From positions 1 through 31,115 of the forward strand of contig CAXIUT010000264.1 in assembly GCA_964035545.1 (NCBI GenBank): a stretch of DNA of 31,115 bases. Reading direction: 5' to 3'. Under the pieces are notes generated by a model. It was not told where the DNA came from and searched no databases. It saw only the letters and a list, made by a program, of their open reading frames with translations. Source of the stretch: Bugula neritina (taxonomy: Eukaryota > Animalia > Bryozoa). How positions within the stretch are numbered: position 1 is the first letter of the stretch; every line of letters starts with the position of its first letter. The position numbers and the translations under genes are program-made. Positions 23,753 to 31,115 of this stretch are shown here, piece after piece.

Positions 23753-24001
23753 TATACTTACTGTTCAATCAATAGTATAAAAGATATAATTTTGGTATTA
23801 AAGACAGAAGAATATATTCTAAAATCATTAAAGTCTACATTTGACCAATCAGGTTGCACAATTAAGACAAACAACCCAAATATACCATTTATTTAAGACT
23901 TAAATATAAAATTCATCGAATGGTTAATTAAACTTCATTAAACATAATTTAAAAATACTAAAATATGAAATAATATTGATATGATATAACAACTAAGTCA
24001 A

Positions 24002-25801
24002 TCACTCCTTCATCACATTCTAGCTATCGTCTATCATCTTGTCTCGGTTGGGTATTTCAGAAGAGTTCTATTCCTATAAAAGAAGAGATCGAAACATCTG
24101 CTGCAAACTGGGAAATATCTCGTTCTCATCTCCAGATTACTACTACTATTACTACTACTATTACACTATACCATTATTTAACTTCTACTCCTTCCTCTTC
24201 CTTTTTACTTTCTCCTCAAACAACTGCTACAACTTCTAAACCTCCTCTCCCAAACTCAATCCCTCCTCATCAACTCCGACCTCCAACGTCCTGTCTGCTT
24301 TGATATCGGCATGACCGAAACTAACCAACTGCATGTACACCCTCTGACTCTCTAAATTCAAAAACACCAACTAGTTAAATATTGACTACAAATTACCAAC
24401 CAAAAGATGGTAAATGCCTAACAGTTTGGTAAATTATAGCACTTTTGAACATCGTGGACATAGACATCTAGAACGACAAAATTGACATCCATCTGTCTTA
24501 GCTTTTTGGTCTTATATCGATTAGCTATGGACTCTGGGCTTTACTCTCTGTTTGGCTGGTGACTTTTCGGAAATAGTGCATTTATTACAGTAGTATCTCC
24601 CACAACGCTACTCATGCACTCTGTCATAAGGATGTATATAGGTCTAGAACTACTTTGTTTTGCTTTTCCTCTTCTTGCCATTTGCCTACTTCATAGCCCG
24701 TTCTTAAGCCTCGCATCTCATCTCTCCCTTCAAACACTTCTCGAATCCGAATCCTGTTTTTTAGAAATCAATAACTTTACTCTTCTCCGAGCAGACATAT
24801 CCATTTCTCTCCATTTCGACCTAGCCACACCGATGACACATAACAAACAAGCAAGGACTAAACTTAATACCCTGACGGTAGCAGTGTTACTTTCCAACTA
24901 GCAACTGTCTCAATCCTCGATTGTAGCTTTTCGTTCCCACAATGGTTTTGAATAGCTATTTGTAGACCATAAATGAAGGGTAGCTTTGTTCGAGTGTGAC
25001 CAAGCAGTGACCTGTCTCGCGTTACTGAATAAACATGATCGAATCGGATAGCAATGACACATCTATCGATATTATTTTTTTGTAAATAAAAATTTATAAC
25101 TGTTTCTTCTATGACTACGATATTGAAGTCAACATTTCAAAAGGAAGTGAGTTAGGTTTATTTTATTCGTTATTTGTTATTTTATTTTGGTTGCCCATTT
25201 TATAATTCAGTGATAGCCATAACTATTCAACTTTCTTTTTTACCTATTTCAACCTTAATATGTTTCTTTACATTTTTATTATTTTATCTTGATTGACATT
25301 TCTGCCAGTTGATTTAGCCAACATCCGGTCCATCTTCAAGATCAACTCTTATAGCTCTTTGCCCATCAACTTGCTATTACTCAAACTTTGGTATTGATGC
25401 CTGTTGATGCCTATTTTATTCAATCGATAAAAACTATTCCAGACCAATTTCAATACTGTATTATAATCCAAAACATAGTTATTTTAGAATTTAAAAGTAA
25501 TATCTTTTTTATTTGATAATAATAGTTTAATACTGCTACAATCAAGTATTCCAATATCGTCCATCAACTTTAATACCTTAAATACATTACGCTATAAATG
25601 ACAACAATCCAACACCAAATCTCCATTATTAATACTTATCTAAATATATTGTTTTTTACCTTTTGACTATCCATATTTCTGATATATTTTCTATAAAACT
25701 TTATATTTGAATAAGATGCTTTTGAGTTATATTTAAAATAGCTGCTATAAAAAACAAACTAATAAAGCTATGCGTTTCTATATCACTAAAATCACAATCA
25801 T
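24002..25801 (-). CDS. Protein with divergent zf-4CXXC_R1-type (CDCA7/plant KDM3-associated) zinc finger and acidic tail
   Basis: Open 600-codon frame containing CHRC...YVC...(insert)...CGRYYCNKC...CQFCRSRCLCPRC. Start could alternatively be the ATG at 25198. Confidence 0.7.
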
Positions 25802-25899
25802 AAAAGGATAGTTAATAGATTTATACAATAATTATGATAAGTGAGCAAATGATGTTAGAGTAATAAAATTAACAAGATTAATTATATTGTCATAATATT

Positions 25900-27254
25900 A
25901 TGAAACAACTTTTATTAGATATCTACCACCACCTTATCCAACAGTAACTATACCCAGTTCTAACACTCACAGCTGTTGTCATCCTCTATATCATCTACTT
26001 CCAAAAATACCATCAACCTCACTTCATCATCAAAGGTTCATATGATCAGTCAAAAAAAAATATAAAAAAACCACCACCTCCCTATCCCAACGGCTGGTAC
26101 AACATCTGTCGGTCCGATCAACTTCTCCCCAACTAAACCAAAGCCATAGAAATCAATGGACATAATCTAGTTATTTTTAGAACAAAAAATAATAAAGTAT
26201 TCGCATTAGATGCTTATTGCAAACACATGGGAGCCAACCTAGGTATAGGAGGCACAGTTATTGATAACTGCGTTCAATGTCCATTCCACGGATGGCTCTA
26301 CGATGGCAATACAGGCAACTGTGTAGGTAATAATGTAACGATATAGATCGTGATGGTAAGGTTTTAAAGATGAAGACAATATCCTATGAACAAGTGAATG
26401 TAAATGGCAATATCGAATGGAAATAAGGATAGAATTAAAAGGCAACACTCAGAAAGTACCCAGTAGAAGATATGAATGACTACATCTATGTATGGATACA
26501 TGCTCTAGAAGAACATCACAACTAGCCTGTCTACCCCATGCTCAATATCAAGTAATTCATTGAACCTCTTGCTTTCAGAGGAAAAGTATAACACCGCATC
26601 GATTGTGCCATGCAAGACATTCCCTCCAATGGCGCAGATATCTTGCATTTCAAATACGTACACACCTACATCACTCCCTTGCTTAAATCCATCTATCTGG
26701 TCTGGTAGCCCAAATGGACCACAGCAGATAGTCCAAATATCAAAGAATTCTACTAACACCCCAATAAAGATATCAAAGAGTTCAAACAAAAAATATGGAA
26801 AACACTTATTTAGCCATACCCTCATAAATAAGTCTTATCTATTGGAAATCTAGAAGCATACCTTCACCTTCCTCTGATAGGAACCAACTTCATGATGTCA
26901 GTTAGCATTGTGCAAGTTGGTCTAGGAGTAGTTTTTGTTTTTGGAAAATCACCTTTCTATCAATTTGTACTACAACACTACATTCGTCCTTAAGGAAAAA
27001 ACAAACAAAAAGTATTCCATGATATCTACATCAACAACTTCTTTCCCTACTTTGCCTCAAGCAAATTCATATAAATAGAAGGCGGACAAGTCACCAATGA
27101 CCTCTACGTCTGGGAAGCCAAATCCTTCGCATAGAAGACATATCTCAACCCGAAGAATCCCACTGACTAGTCCATATAAGGATGGCTTAGATGGTCCGGA
27201 CAGTTCTATAAAGGTTGCAGCCATCAAGAAGATAAAAACAAATATACCTGGTGA
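25900..27254 (+). CDS. Rieske-type sterol C7-desaturase family (Neverland/DAF-36/Tetrahymena DES7)
   Basis: N-terminal TM, PPPYPNGWY, Rieske DAYCKHMGANLG...CPFHGW, and non-heme iron motif NGADILHFKYVH. 20-nt intron at 26327-26346; 444 aa. Confidence 0.9.
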
Positions 27255-27390
27255 TCATCTATATCGAATCGTAATCAGTAAATAATATATCATCCCAAAA
27301 AATAAAGAACCCATCAACACAGTATTGACCCTATAACCATTCACTCCATCATTAATAACACTATCTGATAGAATAGTTACAAAATGAAAA

Positions 27391-28270
27391 TCATTTCTTT
27401 TTCTTAGCCTTGACCATGATGTCATCAATAATCAGAGGCTCAATTTCTTCAGGATTTATCTCTCTCTAATATTTCTTCAAATCACCAGTAAACTTCAATA
27501 AAGAACTCTTTGGATATACCACAATTTTAACCAACCCACTAGAATCATATCTACGACTAATATCACTTGGATAAATCCTCTTGAACTCGCTTTCTCCATG
27601 GTATAAGTCACTCTCTATCTTTCCACGCATAAAAAGCTACCCATCTTCCTCACAAGTGATCCACTTTCCTTTCTAGTTACAAACTCCAACAGACAGATGG
27701 ATCAAGTTAGCTGAATCAAACAAAAAATACCATTGCAGATTGGACTGCCATCAGGATTAGTTAGTCTAAGTCTAAAAGTCAATTTTCTATCTTTATAGAT
27801 TAATTTTGGAAATTTAAACTATAGTTTTAGTTTGAACTTGAACTGGGATCTACTGAATATTTTTGAAATCAGTTGATGGTTTGTAAAAAAAAGTACTTAG
27901 TTCAACTCACTAAAAATCATCTCTCTTGGCTTCTCCCTCGTCCTACATCTCCCTTCATGCTCTCTCGCCTCTACCTCACCCTCAGCCTCATTTAAACTCC
28001 TCTCCATTCTGTCACATTTCTTCATAAACACGATCTTACCTTAGCCACCTTAACCACTAAATGAGAGTTAGTTTGAATCATCTGTATAATGCTACTAATA
28101 TGAGAGTTTAATTGGTTTATTATCATTGGGTTTTGAGGAGGAAAAGAGGGAAAATGTTGATTTTTTTACCAAAGAGGTCCAAAAGGACTCTAAAAGCTTT
28201 GATGGAAAGGTAGATTAGGAGATAAACCCAAAAATCCACTACCTATTTCAGCAGTTGTTTATTGCTTCAT
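27391..28270 (-). CDS. Hypothetical protein with coiled coil and beta-rich C-terminal domain ending IEPLIIDDIMVKAKKKK
   Basis: Two 20-nt GT-AG introns (28020-28039, 27711-27730) give exactly 280 codons. Confidence 0.7.
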
Positions 28271-29096
28271 TTTATTTAACTTTCTTATTTATCTAATTAT
28301 TATTAGCTTAAAGAAACTCGTATACACTTTTAAAGCATTCTACTATCTTAAAAGCTGTAGTTTCATTCATGTCTTCAAGATAGAATGTTTTTTAGCATCG
28401 AAAAAGATGTTGTTTTATTGAAAATGCTACTTTTTTAAAAACAATAAATAACAACCTTGTTACTGAAAGATAATATCGACAAAACAACTTGACAAAAAAG
28501 CTAATAAAAGAAAGGTTTCAACCTCTATATTGATTTAATTTGACTAGAATCAAAAAACCTTTATATTTAGTAAAATGTTAAAAAAACTTCATATAATTCT
28601 TCGACTAACTTTAAAATAATGACCAAACAGCTAAAACTCATTTTTATCTTATCAGCCACTCAATCATGATAAAATACTCAAAAGAAAGTTTCAAGACTAT
28701 TAGATTATTTAAAAACAAAGAACGATAATATTCTAGAATTTTAAGTTATAATTATCAAAATCAAAGAAATTAATATAATTGAAACATTCAAATTTCTTCA
28801 AAATAAAATCATAAAAAATAAAATATAATCTTATCAGTCTGAAACAAATCAGTTTGAGAGGTAAAAATAGATAAAATAAATAACTAAATCATTCAAATAA
28901 TTATCCCTTTTTAAGTTTGACCAAAGATGATGTATTATATTCGAGAAATAGGTTAAAAATAGGCTGATAGATAGAAAGATAAAAGATAGAAGAACAATGA
29001 TTTTAGTGATACATTATTAGGATGGTAAATATCAAATTATTTATTTTTTGAATTATTTTAATATCTATTAAATATCACATTTCTTTTATCAAGACA

Positions 29097-30949
<1,853 letters not shown>

Positions 30950-31030
30950 TCTATCATCAATCAATCTATATCAACTGAACATAAGTATCAATAGCAAATG
31001 AATTTGCTAATTATTGTTTGATAAGTTATC

Positions 31031-31115
31031 TTGGGGTTGGGGTTGGGGTTGGGGTTGGGGTTGGGGTTGGGGGTTGGGGTTGGGGTTGGGGTTGGGGTTG
31101 GGGTTGGGGTTGGGG
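31031..31115 (+). repeat. Right telomere (TTGGGG)n
   Basis: G4T2 repeats to the window end, with one G5 variant near 31069-31073. Confidence 0.98.

Noticed and set aside
23503-24001. Small gene between the HP1-like and zinc-finger genes
   Set aside because: Only short frames without recognisable motifs were found.
28369-29040. TGA readthrough (for example as Trp) in one long frame
   Set aside because: About five TGAs in ~230 codons is roughly chance expectation for this composition, and no homology supports readthrough.

Overview
Ciliate macronuclear DNA, AT-rich and gene-dense, capped by (CCCCAA)n at 1-87 and (TTGGGG)n at 31031-31115. Two extra one-sided G4T2 tracts lie inside, at 4929-4998 and 11312-11374. 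The supplied standard-code ORF track is misleading: invariant Glu positions in LysRS, PKA, two TTLLs and a chromodomain are encoded by TAA and TAG, and only TGA terminates. This is the peritrich-type nuclear code (NCBI table 30). Read by hand in that code, the window holds about 22 genes: a possible TAF1C/Rrn6-like protein, a CNBD-type cation channel, Pus10 (3' end cut by a telomere tract), TTLL9-like and TTLL10-like ligases, PKA catalytic subunit, two RING proteins, a tetraspanin-like protein, a Gly/His-rich microprotein, a Rad1-like clamp subunit, RPL24, an HP1-like protein, a zf-4CXXC_R1 protein, a Neverland/DES7-type Rieske sterol desaturase, LysRS and several hypotheticals. All 13 introns needed to restore frames are GT-AG and 19-20 nt long. 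The most interesting structural signal is the pair of same-orientation internal telomeres, which suggest nested chromosome isoforms (about 5.0, 11.4 and 31.1 kb) from alternative fragmentation, or else assembly chimerism. All gene models are manual; no database searches were run.
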